A stretch of 60,359 nt of DNA, from assembly GCA_003141245.1 (NCBI GenBank), contig PLLE01000012.1:1259-61617 (forward strand), read 5' to 3'. The DNA comes from Chloroflexota bacterium. GTDB taxonomy: Bacteria > Chloroflexota > Limnocylindria > Limnocylindrales > CSP1-4. Position numbers and translations under genes: made by a program. Every line of letters starts with the position of its first letter. Position 1 is the first letter of the stretch. This document shows, piece after piece, positions 10,379 through 19,815 of this stretch. Under the pieces are notes generated by a model. The model worked only from the letters and a program-made list of their open reading frames with translations. It made no database searches and was not told where the DNA came from.

Positions 10379-10852
10379 ATGGACGAGACGAGCCACATAT
10401 GCCTCTGGTGTTCCACCTCCATTCCCACAGGAGCGGCCACGTGCCCCAAATGCGGCGCCGTCGTGGAAGGCGCGATCGCGCCTGAGATCCCCCGCCTGCC
10501 GGTCTTGGATCCGAAGGCAGCGCCCGGCCCCGACGAGGGCAAGATCCCCGACGACGTCGACCGCCCCAGCCAGTTCCACGCCGGCCGCGACGACCTCGTC
10601 ACGAACATGGAGGCGATCCTGCCGCCGAGCGAGGCCGTTCGCCGCGAGATGCGCAAGATGGAGCTCGAGGCAGAGATCGAGAACGCCGGTCGATCGGTCA
10701 TGAGCGCCGCCGGGGGCGTTTCCGACAACGTCGTCAAGCCTTCGCGCGAGGCCCTCGAGGCATTCGAGGCAGGCCTGCTGGACACGACCGGGCCCGCCGG
10801 CGAGACGGACTTCGTCGAACGAGCCAGGGCCCTGAAAGAGGAGAAGGGCTGA
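10379..10852 (+). CDS. Hypothetical protein with N-terminal zinc ribbon
   Basis: CLWC...CPKC at the N-terminus; TAGGGT 6 nt before ATG; coding-like composition. Confidence 0.65.
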   Translation: MDETSHICLWCSTSIPTGAATCPKCGAVVEGAIAPEIPRLPVLDPKAAPGPDEGKIPDDVDRPSQFHAGRDDLVTNMEAILPPSEAVRREMRKMELEAEIENAGRSVMSAAGGVSDNVVKPSREALEAFEAGLLDTTGPAGETDFVERARALKEEKG

Positions 10853-10914
10853 CCGGTCGGCCGGGCGCCGTCGGTGGGACGCCCTACGGCACAACGGATG
10901 GAGGTCCGGCCAAC

Positions 10915-10944
10915 TTGACGATTCTTCGTCGACCCGCTTAGCCT
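10915..10944 (+). promoter_or_regulatory. Sigma70-type promoter, probably giving a leaderless transcript
   Basis: TTGACG (10915-20), 18 nt, TAGCCT (10939-44), 6 nt, ATG at 10951; no SD. Confidence 0.6.
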
Positions 10945-10950
10945 GCCCGG

Positions 10951-12231
10951 ATGCGACATCGCCTGGCAGCCGTTTTCATGCTCGGCGTCCTGGTTTGGCT
11001 ACCCACCGTAACGACGCCACAGGTCGCGGAGGCGGCCTCGGTCTGCAGCGGCTGGACGAGCACACGCGTGCCGCCGTCCACGATCCGGGTGCTTCGAACG
11101 GGCGGATCGTCCAGCGGCTACGTCCAGACCGTCGACTTCAAGAAGTACGTCCAGATCGTCCTGACGGCCGAGTGGCCGTCGAGCTGGCCGGCCGAGGCGC
11201 TCAAGACCGGAGCAATCGCCGTCAAGCAATACGGCTGGTACTACACCATGCACTGGCGCGGGGGGACAGCCCACGGCACCTGTTACGACGTGGTCGACAA
11301 CGTGAACGACCAGCTGTACCAGCCGGAGTCGCGGAAGCCCTCGGCAGCGACCCTCGCCGCGATCGAGGCTACCTGGAAGGAGTCGGTCACCAAGAACGGC
11401 TCGTTCTTGGTGACCGGGTACCGTTCCGGCACCTCGAACATCCACTGCGGCGTCGACGCCGACGGGTGGCACCTGTTCCAGCACAGCTCGATCGATTGCG
11501 TCAACCAGGGGATGACGGCGGACCAGATCCTGCACGTCTACTACGGCCCCGGCGTTGCCACCTGGACGCCGGCCACCAAACCCGCTGCCAACTTCCTGGC
11601 GCCGGCGTCTCAGGGCCAGGTGACGGTCGGAACGTCGACAACTGTCAGCTGGGCCGAGGAGACGACCGACGGAACGACGGTCACCGACCGGACTCTGTCG
11701 CTGTTGATGGCCCTGCCGATCAACGGCAAGTGCACCGTCGACCGCTGGGTCCCGGCCGCACCGAGCTGGCGGTCCACGGGCGGCTCACCCCAGACGGTCA
11801 CGGGGCTCAGGGCCGGGTACTGCTACCGCCTCGTCGTGCAGCTGACCGACTCGAACTCCGTCAGGACGCTCTCGCAGTCGGGAACGATGCTGGTCGACCC
11901 GTCGGCTGCCATTGCCGCCTTTACGAGCCCCGCACCGAACGTCGTGACGGCGACCGGTGGTACGACCGCGACGGTGAGCTGGACGGAGACACCAGCCGGC
12001 GGGACGCACATCGTGAGTCGGGTGCTGACCACGGAGCGGGCAGCCCAGCCAGTGGCCGGGACTTGCGCCGGGGCGCAGTGGAGCACGCTCACTTCCACCA
12101 CGGCCGGTTCGCCGGTCTCGGTCAGCGGCCTCCTCAAGCTGTACTGCTACCGCTACAGGCTCACGCTGACGGACAGCGCCGGCCACACGAGCAACACGTA
12201 CTCGGGGGAGTTGCTCGCGCCGTCCGCCTGA
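10951..12231 (+). CDS. Secreted SpoIID/LytB-domain protein (peptidoglycan lytic transglycosylase-like) with two C-terminal beta repeats
   Basis: Signal peptide ending AEA; YVQIVLTAEWPSSWPAEALKTGAIAVKQY matches the SpoIID signature; DQLY and ILHVYYG motifs; two Cys-containing TVSWxE...YCYR repeats. Confidence 0.75.
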   Translation: MRHRLAAVFMLGVLVWLPTVTTPQVAEAASVCSGWTSTRVPPSTIRVLRTGGSSSGYVQTVDFKKYVQIVLTAEWPSSWPAEALKTGAIAVKQYGWYYTMHWRGGTAHGTCYDVVDNVNDQLYQPESRKPSAATLAAIEATWKESVTKNGSFLVTGYRSGTSNIHCGVDADGWHLFQHSSIDCVNQGMTADQILHVYYGPGVATWTPATKPAANFLAPASQGQVTVGTSTTVSWAEETTDGTTVTDRTLSLLMALPINGKCTVDRWVPAAPSWRSTGGSPQTVTGLRAGYCYRLVVQLTDSNSVRTLSQSGTMLVDPSAAIAAFTSPAPNVVTATGGTTATVSWTETPAGGTHIVSRVLTTERAAQPVAGTCAGAQWSTLTSTTAGSPVSVSGLLKLYCYRYRLTLTDSAGHTSNTYSGELLAPSA

Positions 12232-12377
12232 CGAGTCCGAGCGCCATCCGCGCTTGCGGCCCGTGCAATGGCCGCACCATTCCGTCCGGACATTCGACCC
12301 GGATTCGTCCCGGGCGTAGGATTGGCGGCGCCAAGCGTCGAGGGACAACCATCCTCGCCGGAGTTCGAGGTGACGAA

Positions 12378-12761
12378 ATGGGACCGGACGAACAGTCGGG
12401 TCAGGGTTCGGGAACGGGCGGAGGCGGCGAGCAGGGCGGCGGTCCCCGCCGGGAACAGGCCCGGGCGACCGCCGAGAGGATGATCTCGCAGCTCCAGGTG
12501 ATGATCGACCAGGCCACGAAGACGGCCGGGCCGGTTCTGCGAGACGTGGCCGCGAAGGCCGCCGAACTGGCCGCGGTCGCGGCCGAGAACGCGGGACCGG
12601 TCGCTCACAAGGCCGCCAACGTGACCGAGCACGTCGGCGATCGGCTGGCGGCACGAAGTAAGGACCTGGCGGCGGATCTGCGGAAGGCCGCCGAGGTGGC
12701 GCGGACCCGGGCCGGACAGTCTGACGACGAATCGAAGCCGGACGACGCCCCGAAGGCATAG
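12378..12761 (+). CDS. Hypothetical Ala-rich helical protein
   Basis: GAGGTG SD before ATG 12378; 3' part of ORF 10995..12761; amphipathic helical composition. Confidence 0.6.
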   Translation: MGPDEQSGQGSGTGGGGEQGGGPRREQARATAERMISQLQVMIDQATKTAGPVLRDVAAKAAELAAVAAENAGPVAHKAANVTEHVGDRLAARSKDLAADLRKAAEVARTRAGQSDDESKPDDAPKA

Positions 12762-12864
12762 CAGCTGGACGCAGAGTCTGCGGCGGGCGCTGGCTGCCGC
12801 TCGCGGAGCGCTCCAGCCGCTTGCGGCTTTGTGCGAAGCGACGGCTGGCAGCGTCCGACGCCGG

Positions 12865-13671
12865 CTAAACCAGCCGTTCGATGCGAGCCCGGAATACCTC
12901 GGTGCCGTCCTCGCGGGCCAGACGGTAGGCCCAGCCGCCGCCGTGGGGCCACGTCCGACCGACGAGCCGGTCGTAGCGCGCGGCGGCGTTGGCGAAGTCG
13001 AGCGCGTACCGGCGCGGAGTCGCGCGCAGCAGTTCGCCCTGCCCCGCGGCTTCGAGCGCTTCCTCGAAATAGTCGAGGTAGACGCTGTTGTTGACGTGAT
13101 CCAGCGGGTCCAGATCGCGACGCCGGACCCCGAAGCGCGACTCGGAGGCGTCGGACGGCGCCTTCGGCAGAGCCACCTTCAGCATCTCGAACGTGGCCGA
13201 GCCGTCCACGACGAACTTGTGAAAGTCTTCCGGAATGCGCGTCGGCGCGCCCCGCTCGTTGGTCATGACCCAGTCGATCTCGAGCCGGGCCAGCAGTTCG
13301 CCGCGGGGATCGCGGACCTCGCTCTCGCGTCGAGCGCTGACGCGCCGGTAGCCTAGCACGCGCGTGCTGACCAGCACACCGTCATACGTGTGGATCGGCC
13401 GGAGGACGTCGAGCTGGATCGCCCGTACCAGCCAGAAGAGGCCGCGCTCCGTATACCAGTCGCGCCCGAACCCGAGCAGCGTCGAGTGCTGCCAGGCGAT
13501 GTCGGCGACCCAGGCCAGGTGGATCGCCGTCCGCATCGTCTCGTCGGGCGTGGACTCCTCGAAGCGGACGCGGAACGGCCGAACGATCCGGTAAGGCGGC
13601 CAGTCCTCCAGGACTGCCGGCCCTTCGACCGCCGCGCCGGGCACTCGACCCTCGGGTACCGATTGGCTCAC
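12865..13671 (-). CDS. Acyl-ACP thioesterase family (double hot-dog fold)
   Basis: FRVRFEE...AWQHS...FWLVRAIQL and VRRRDLDPLDHVNNSVYLDY motifs; GTG start overlaps upstream stop (GTGA at 13668-13671). Confidence 0.8.
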   Translation of the reverse strand: MSQSVPEGRVPGAAVEGPAVLEDWPPYRIVRPFRVRFEESTPDETMRTAIHLAWVADIAWQHSTLLGFGRDWYTERGLFWLVRAIQLDVLRPIHTYDGVLVSTRVLGYRRVSARRESEVRDPRGELLARLEIDWVMTNERGAPTRIPEDFHKFVVDGSATFEMLKVALPKAPSDASESRFGVRRRDLDPLDHVNNSVYLDYFEEALEAAGQGELLRATPRRYALDFANAAARYDRLVGRTWPHGGGWAYRLAREDGTEVFRARIERLV

Positions 13672-14336
13672 GCGCCCGCCTCCGCCAGCTCGTCGATGCT
13701 CTCCAGGGCGACCAGCCGAGTCTCGTCGTGCCGGGCCGTCGAGCGATCGAGCCGAAGCTCGGCCGACCGTCGGGCGTCGAAGACGACGATCGCCACCCGC
13801 AGCTCGATCTCTTCCTCGGCGGCGTGCGCCCGCGCGTCGTCGAGCTGGTTCAGGACGTCGGCGTTGATGCCCCGCGCGCCCCACTTGCAGTCATACACCT
13901 CGGGCCGCTCGGCCGACTCGACAGTCACGTCGTAGGGGTGGATTTCGGCCGGAACGCCGTCGAAGAGAACGCGGCGCTCGCGCTTCACCGCCCCGGCGCG
14001 ACGGGCGAGCAGCCGCGCCGTCAACTCCTCCACGACTGCGCCGCGGTACTGGCTGCGAACCTGCTCACCACGGTTGGCGACCTCCAGCGACGCCGCCAGG
14101 ACGCGCTCGGCATGGTCCGCAACCGCGGCCGGGGCCGCCTCGCCAAAGAGCGACGGGAAGATCCGCCGCCACTTCTGCGGATCTGTCCGCTCGCCGTTCA
14201 TGACGGCCCGGGCCATCCACCGTTCCGAGGCCTCGGCTTCGGCGAGCAGAGTCGCCAGCCGGGCTACGAGCGGATCGGCCTGGATCCCGGCGTAGACGAC
14301 GGCCCGGGCGTCGCGCGCGGCGTCCTGGAATCTCAT
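13668..14336 (-). CDS. Hypothetical protein with PD-(D/E)XK nuclease-like motif
   Basis: RGAVVEEL...HPYDVTV...EVYDCKW pattern; 4-bp overlaps with both neighbours. Confidence 0.6.
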   Translation of the reverse strand: MRFQDAARDARAVVYAGIQADPLVARLATLLAEAEASERWMARAVMNGERTDPQKWRRIFPSLFGEAAPAAVADHAERVLAASLEVANRGEQVRSQYRGAVVEELTARLLARRAGAVKRERRVLFDGVPAEIHPYDVTVESAERPEVYDCKWGARGINADVLNQLDDARAHAAEEEIELRVAIVVFDARRSAELRLDRSTARHDETRLVALESIDELAEAGA

Positions 14337-14731
14337 CGGTCGGGCCGCCGGAGCAGCATCCGGAATGGCGAGTCATCGTCCGGCTCATCCGATTCGGGCT
14401 CGGTTGCGCCCGGCTTTTCGACCCCCGCCGGCTGATCGACGTCACCGCCAAAGGCCAGCGCCACTACGTGCGGGAAGGTGGACAGCCAGTCGATGGCGCG
14501 ATGCGGGTCGGTTATCAGCCCGATCTCCGCGATCGCCTCGTCGACGGCCTCGACCGGCCCGGTGGGGAGGGGCCGACCGGAATCGGTCTTCGCCAGCGCC
14601 TCCAGGCTCGGCAGGTAGGCCTCGGTCAGGTCGGTCACGTACTGCCACTCGTCTTCGATCGTCTCGGCCAGGTCGGCCAGGGCGCGGTATGCCGCGGCGG
14701 CGCGTTCGACTACGTCTGCTCTGGCGGTCAC
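14333..14731 (-). CDS. Hypothetical acidic helical protein
   Basis: 132-aa ORF; TAGGCT 6 nt upstream of GTG; stop overlaps the next start. Confidence 0.65.
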   Translation of the reverse strand: MTARADVVERAAAAYRALADLAETIEDEWQYVTDLTEAYLPSLEALAKTDSGRPLPTGPVEAVDEAIAEIGLITDPHRAIDWLSTFPHVVALAFGGDVDQPAGVEKPGATEPESDEPDDDSPFRMLLRRPDR

Positions 14732-14799
14732 ACCCGTAGCCTAGCGGCGGCGGCGCCGCCGTGGGAGGATTGGCCGGCAGTCGAACGGAGGAGCGAGCG

Positions 14800-15591
14800 A
14801 TGGACCTGGGTCTCAAGGGGCGAACCGCCCTTGTCGGTGGCGCGTCGGCAGGGCTCGGGCGGGCGTGCGCGGAGCGACTCGCCGCCGAGGGTTGCCGGCT
14901 CGCCATGTGGTCGCGCGGCGGGGAGGCGCTGGAGCGCGCGGCGGAGGAGATCCGCGGTGCTCATTCGGTCGAGGTGACGACGATCGCCGGCGATGCCACC
15001 GATCCTTCGACCGCGGCGCTGGTTGCCGCAGCCGCGCAAGAAGCTCTCGGCCAGGTCGAGATCGTCGTCCTCAACGCCGGCGGGCCGCCGGTTTCCGAAG
15101 CAACGAAGACCGACCCGAACGAATGGCGGCGCTCATTCCAGCTTCTGGCGATCACGCCGATCGAGCTGGCGACGCTCCTGCTGCCGGGGATGCGGGCGCA
15201 CGGCTGGGGACGCATCGTCTCGATCATGTCGTCGGGGATCCGCCAGCCGATCCCCGAACTCGCGTACTCGAACGCCTGTCGCAGTGCTCTGGCGGCATGG
15301 CTCAAGACGATCGCGGGCGACGTCATGGCCGACGGGGTGACGGTCAACGGCGTCCTGCCCGGTCGGCTCGACACGGCGCGGGTCGCCTCACTCGACCGGA
15401 CGCGGGCCGAACGATCGGGCACGACTACCGACGAGATCCGGGCCCGGTTCGAGCGGGCGATCCCGGCCGGCCGATACGGCGACCCCGACGAACTGGGCGC
15501 CTACGTCGCCTGGCTTTGCTCCGATCTGGCCCGCTACCAGACCGGCACGTTCGTCCCGATCGACGGCGGAAGCCTGCGCGCCCTGCCCTAG
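14800..15591 (+). CDS. Short-chain dehydrogenase/reductase (FabG-like)
   Basis: MDLGLKGRTALVGGASAGLG, LNAGGPP, SNxxR variant catalytic helix, NGVLPG, IDGG; GGAGGA SD before ATG 14800. Confidence 0.9.
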   Translation: MDLGLKGRTALVGGASAGLGRACAERLAAEGCRLAMWSRGGEALERAAEEIRGAHSVEVTTIAGDATDPSTAALVAAAAQEALGQVEIVVLNAGGPPVSEATKTDPNEWRRSFQLLAITPIELATLLLPGMRAHGWGRIVSIMSSGIRQPIPELAYSNACRSALAAWLKTIAGDVMADGVTVNGVLPGRLDTARVASLDRTRAERSGTTTDEIRARFERAIPAGRYGDPDELGAYVAWLCSDLARYQTGTFVPIDGGSLRALP

Positions 15592-15605
15592 CTGCTTCCG
15601 ATTGG

Positions 15606-15917
15606 CTAGTCGCCGCGGTGGCCGGAGGATCGGATGCCGAAGGTGCCCCAGTGGCCGGTGTACGGCAGCCACTCCTCGAGGACGCGTTCGACGATCGAGG
15701 AAGCCGGGCCCTCGCGCAGCATCTCCAGCAGTTCTTCCAGATCGGCGCGCGGGCCCTCGGCGACGCAGTGGACACTGCCGTCCTGCTCGTTGGCAACCCA
15801 GCCGGTCAGACCCAGGTGCATGGCTCGCGTGACCACGAAATAGCGGAAGCCGACGCCGTGGACGCGACCCCAGGCGCTCGCGTCGAGGCGGGCCAGTTCG
15901 CTGACGGGCTTGTTCAT
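15606..15917 (-). CDS. acyP: Acylphosphatase
   Basis: GRVHGVGFR and GWVANEQDGSVHCVAEG signatures; ATG at 15917. Confidence 0.9.
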   Translation of the reverse strand: MNKPVSELARLDASAWGRVHGVGFRYFVVTRAMHLGLTGWVANEQDGSVHCVAEGPRADLEELLEMLREGPASSIVERVLEEWLPYTGHWGTFGIRSSGHRGD

Positions 15918-15960
15918 AGGCGGTCCGGGCGGCCGGTGATGCGGCCGTTGATGCGGCCGG

Positions 15961-17199
15961 TCATGCCGCGCGACCGGGCCGCGGCCAGGCGAGCGCGAGG
16001 ACGTCGAGGGCCAGCTCCGGGTTGACGTTTTCATCGAGCTGGACTTCGATTGCGGCGAGCCGGGCGATGAAAGTCGGCAGGGTGCTGGGCGCAATCGTGG
16101 GAGCGACGGCGGCCAGCTCGTCCATCAGCTCCGGGTCATGGAGCTGGCGACGGCCGCCGAGGGCCGCGACGGCGAGATCGCGCGCGATGGAGGCCCAGAT
16201 GCTCATGAGCGTCGACGCGGCTGCGCGACGCTCTGAAGCCGAGACCTTGGGCGCGGCAGCTGTCTCAGCGGGCGCGTCGGCGTCGGCCTCGTCGGAAGAA
16301 TCCGCGTCACCGGCGGGCCTGACGACCGCCACAGCCTTCCGCCCGCGCCGCCCTTTGGGTTGGGTGCCCTCCTTTTCGGCGTTGGCGTCTCCAGGCGCCA
16401 CCTGCTTCCGTCCCTCGGCCAGCGCCGCCTCGAGCGCCGCCGCCGACCGCATCAGGCTCCGCACCGAGGTCAGCCGTTCGTGCCGGCTCGCGGCAAGCAG
16501 ATCGATCAGCCCGCGTGCGACTTCGCCGCGCAGACGGGCCGCTTCCGGAGCGCGGGCGTAGGCCAGGGCAAGGCCAGGGCAGCCACCGGCCAGTCGAGCG
16601 AACCGTGAGGCCGCGGGCGCGTCGGCGGCGCCGAGCTCACCCAGCCAGCGTTCGATTTCGCGACCGGCGACCGGACCGAGTCGAATCCGCACGCAGCGCG
16701 ACCGAACGGTCGGCAGCAGGCACTCCTCGTCGTCGGCGCAGAGGACGATCGTGACGCCGGCGGGCGGTTCCTCGAGCATCTTGAGGAGCGCGTTCTGGGC
16801 GTCGTCGTTGATGCGGTGGGCCTGCTCCACGATTGCCACGCGCGACCCGCCCTCTGCCGGCAGGAGTGCCAGCTCGGAGATCAGGCGGCGAATCGTGCCC
16901 GACTCGGGGTCGCCGGCCTTGCCGATGCGAACCTGCCCGCCCGGACCCTCCGGAGCGAGCCGATGCAGGTCGGGGTGATTGCCCGAAGCCACGAGCCGGC
17001 AACCTCGACAAAGGCGGCACGGACGTGCCGTCGGATCGGGGTCGCTGCACAGCAGGCCGGCGGCCAGGTCCAGCGCGAGCGTCGTCTTGCCGCTCGAGGC
17101 CGGCCCGACGAGCAGGACGGCATGCGGAACGGAGCCAGTCACCATCGAGCCGATCGCGGCCAGCGCTCGAGGCTGGCCGCGCGTCGCTGCTTTCTCCAT
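15961..17199 (-). CDS. holB: DNA polymerase III subunit delta'
   Basis: HAVLLVGPASSGKTT, C...CRLCRGC zinc module, HPDL, AQNALLKMLEEP, LLPTVRSRC. Confidence 0.85.
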   Translation of the reverse strand: MEKAATRGQPRALAAIGSMVTGSVPHAVLLVGPASSGKTTLALDLAAGLLCSDPDPTARPCRLCRGCRLVASGNHPDLHRLAPEGPGGQVRIGKAGDPESGTIRRLISELALLPAEGGSRVAIVEQAHRINDDAQNALLKMLEEPPAGVTIVLCADDEECLLPTVRSRCVRIRLGPVAGREIERWLGELGAADAPAASRFARLAGGCPGLALAYARAPEAARLRGEVARGLIDLLAASRHERLTSVRSLMRSAAALEAALAEGRKQVAPGDANAEKEGTQPKGRRGRKAVAVVRPAGDADSSDEADADAPAETAAAPKVSASERRAAASTLMSIWASIARDLAVAALGGRRQLHDPELMDELAAVAPTIAPSTLPTFIARLAAIEVQLDENVNPELALDVLALAWPRPGRAA

Positions 17200-17225
17200 C
17201 GGCCGCGGATGCGCGCCGGGAGCGG

Positions 17226-19013
17226 CTACTCGCCGGCCGGTTCGCCGGAGCCGGCGGATTCGGCAGCGGCTGCCTTGCGGCGGGCCGGGGCGCGTCGCTT
17301 GGGCGCGGCCTCGACCGGAGCCTCACCGATCGCATCGGCGGCCGCGTCCGTCGCGGCAGGCTTACGCCGGCTGCGGCTGGCGGGCTTGGCTGCGGCTTCG
17401 GGCTGAGCTTCGGAAGAAGTCGCGGAACCTTCGGCCGGGACGGACTCCGCCTTGCGGCGGACGCCACGTCGAGCGCCGGTCTTGGGCGCGGCGACCTCGG
17501 CGGGCGCGGCGACATCCGCCGGCGCGTCGTCCTTGGGGGCAGCCGCTTCCGCTTGGGCACCCATCGGGCGACTCAGCTTTGTGGAGAGCTGCGCTCGCAG
17601 AAGCTCCTCGAGCTCCGGCGGAACCTCGCTCCACGGCTCGGACGAGTCGCGGCCGCTGCTGCGGGGAGCTCCACCGCCGCCCCGATGTTGCTGCGGCTGG
17701 GGCTGGCGTTGCGGGCGGTCATCCCGCCGGCGCGGCGGCTGCGACTGGCGAGCCGGCTCCGGATAGCGCGTCGAGGATCGTCCGTATCGCTCGCGCTCCA
17801 CCGCGGAAGCGTAGGAGCTACGAACGCCGCGGCCGCCTCCACCCTGGCCTCCGCCACGACCTTGCCCTTGCCCTCGGCCGGCGCGGCGCCGCTCGGCGAG
17901 CAGGTACTCGGGGATCTCCGGCTCGGCGTAGTCCTCGTCGTCCGGCGCGATCGGCGCGAGGCGCTCGGGACGACCGGCCATCCCGATCTGAGAGTCCCAG
18001 ACCGAGCCGAACTGGTTGGGACGGACTGCCGGCACGGAGGCCGGGCCCGCCTGTTCGAGGTCTTCGCCATCCTCGCCGCCGATCGCATCGACGCCCAACG
18101 CCTCCGAGGCCACGGCTCGGCCACCGTGGCCGCGGCCGCGACCACCGCGGCGCCGACGACGATGGCCGGCTTCCGTCGGCTCGCCTTCGGCCTCCTGACC
18201 ATCGCCGAGATCCTCGGCGTGCTCCTCGGCGTGCTCCTCGGCGTGCTCCTCGATCACCTCGGAGCCGGCATCGGCCGGCCGGGCACGCGACAGCTTCTCG
18301 CCGGGCAGAGCGACCAGCGAGCCGCCTGGAGCGGCGCGTACCGGCGTCCGACCGATTGCTCGGCTGGGCCGCTCGTCTGCGCCGGCGGCCACCGCCTCTT
18401 CGCCGTCTCGAGGTCCGGGCCGGCGGCCACCGCGGCCGCGGCGTCCGCCCCGACCCTCGGTCTGCTTGTCCGGAACTTCCGTCATCGAGAGGTCTTCGTC
18501 GTCACCGGCGACCCGGCGTCCCGACCGCGACGAATCGCGATCGACTCGGGCAACCTGCGTGATGTCGTAGAAGGCGTCGGCAACCTCGATCAGGTCGGAG
18601 CTGGTGTTGCCGCGGAAGCTGATGACCTCGACGCGGACTCCCATTTCCTGAACCGCGCGGATGGCGGGAGCGAAGTCTCCGTCGCCGCTGACGACGATCG
18701 CGACGTCGAGATTGCGAGCCGTCTTCATCATGTCGACGACGAGCTCGATGTCGAGGTTCGCCTTGACCTTGCCATCGCCGTACTTGCGGATGTCCTTGCT
18801 CACGACTTTGTAGCCGTGACGCGCCAGGAAACTGTGGAAATTGCGCTGGTTCTCGTTCTCGGGATCGAGGCCCGTATATGCGTATGCGCGGACGAAATCG
18901 CGTCCGGCCACCGCGGCCTTCAACAGCGTGACGTAGTCGATGTCCGCGCCTGCCGCCTTCGCCGCATAGAAAATGTTCGCCACGTCCACGAAGACGGCGA
19001 CGTTCTTGCTCAC
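17226..19013 (-). CDS. NYN-domain (LabA/DUF88 PIN-fold) protein with ~420-aa disordered C-terminus
   Basis: VAVFVDVANI, KANLDIELVVD, VSGDGDFAP, LIEVADAF; followed by Arg/Gly and acidic low-complexity segments. Confidence 0.85.
   Translation of the reverse strand: MSKNVAVFVDVANIFYAAKAAGADIDYVTLLKAAVAGRDFVRAYAYTGLDPENENQRNFHSFLARHGYKVVSKDIRKYGDGKVKANLDIELVVDMMKTARNLDVAIVVSGDGDFAPAIRAVQEMGVRVEVISFRGNTSSDLIEVADAFYDITQVARVDRDSSRSGRRVAGDDEDLSMTEVPDKQTEGRGGRRGRGGRRPGPRDGEEAVAAGADERPSRAIGRTPVRAAPGGSLVALPGEKLSRARPADAGSEVIEEHAEEHAEEHAEDLGDGQEAEGEPTEAGHRRRRRGGRGRGHGGRAVASEALGVDAIGGEDGEDLEQAGPASVPAVRPNQFGSVWDSQIGMAGRPERLAPIAPDDEDYAEPEIPEYLLAERRRAGRGQGQGRGGGQGGGGRGVRSSYASAVERERYGRSSTRYPEPARQSQPPRRRDDRPQRQPQPQQHRGGGGAPRSSGRDSSEPWSEVPPELEELLRAQLSTKLSRPMGAQAEAAAPKDDAPADVAAPAEVAAPKTGARRGVRRKAESVPAEGSATSSEAQPEAAAKPASRSRRKPAATDAAADAIGEAPVEAAPKRRAPARRKAAAAESAGSGEPAGE
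18211..18252. repeat. 12-bp tandem repeat x3.5 (encodes EEHA)
   Basis: tcctcggcgtgc x3 plus tcctcg. Confidence 0.9.
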
Positions 19014-19109
19014 AAGTGACTCCTTGGTGTGCCAGGTCTGACGGCTCGGCCGTCGACCCTTGGATCCGTTGCGCCGGCGCTCCCTGGCTGCTCGGCTGCG
19101 ACGGTATTG

Positions 19110-19571
19110 CTAGTGGGTAGCCGGTGCCCTGACCGGGACTCCCACGCGATAGATGGTGGACGTGGCCGGAGCGAAGCCATGACGGATCCAGCTCTCGCGC
19201 AATGCGGCTTCTTCCGTGAGCATGACCTCGACTATGGCGCAGCCCTTTCTTCGTGCCGAACTCAGGATCTCTTCGATCAGCCCGTCGGCGACCTTTTCGA
19301 CGTTGTGGCCCCGGGCGACGACCAGCACGTCAACCGTGCCTACGAACCCTCCGACCTGGACCGATGGCCTCAGGCCGAGAACCGCACCGCCGACTATCTG
19401 ACGACCCGCCTCGGCTACCATGACGCTCGCGCTGGGAAGGTAGACGAGCTGGCGAAGCAGGCCGATTACGTCCAATGGAGTGCCAGCGCTGGGCGCGGCC
19501 CCCATCTCCACGCAGAGCGCATACAACCGATCCACATCGGTGATGCGGGCCTGCCTGACCAGATAATCCAC
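19110..19571 (-). CDS. GNAT-family N-acetyltransferase-like protein
   Basis: VRQARITDV start, VMVAEAGRQIVG, VDVLVVARGH...GLIEEILSSARRKGC, HGF; GTG at 19571. The acetyl-CoA motif A is degenerate. Confidence 0.7.
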   Translation of the reverse strand: MDYLVRQARITDVDRLYALCVEMGAAPSAGTPLDVIGLLRQLVYLPSASVMVAEAGRQIVGGAVLGLRPSVQVGGFVGTVDVLVVARGHNVEKVADGLIEEILSSARRKGCAIVEVMLTEEAALRESWIRHGFAPATSTIYRVGVPVRAPATH

Positions 19572-19815
19572 TCGAATGCACGAACCTCGTGCCGAGATGG
19601 CAATCGCACTGCCGCTGCCGCCACGGTGGCCTCGTCGGCCTACGGCCGCGCGCTTTCGTGCGAACTCTCGGGTGGCGAGCATCTTTCGGAATCGACAGCC
19701 ACGCCAGGTGGAGTCGACGGCCACGCACATGCGTACGGCTCGCCGCCACCTACTATACGCCATCCCGGAAACGCGCCGGCGAACCCTATGTCGCGTCCCG
19801 GGCCCCGGCCGGAGC

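Noticed and set aside
10995-12377. 5' part of the 588-aa ORF overlapping the SpoIID-like gene
   Set aside because: Arg-rich off-frame read; only the portion from ATG 12378, which has an SD, looks genuine.
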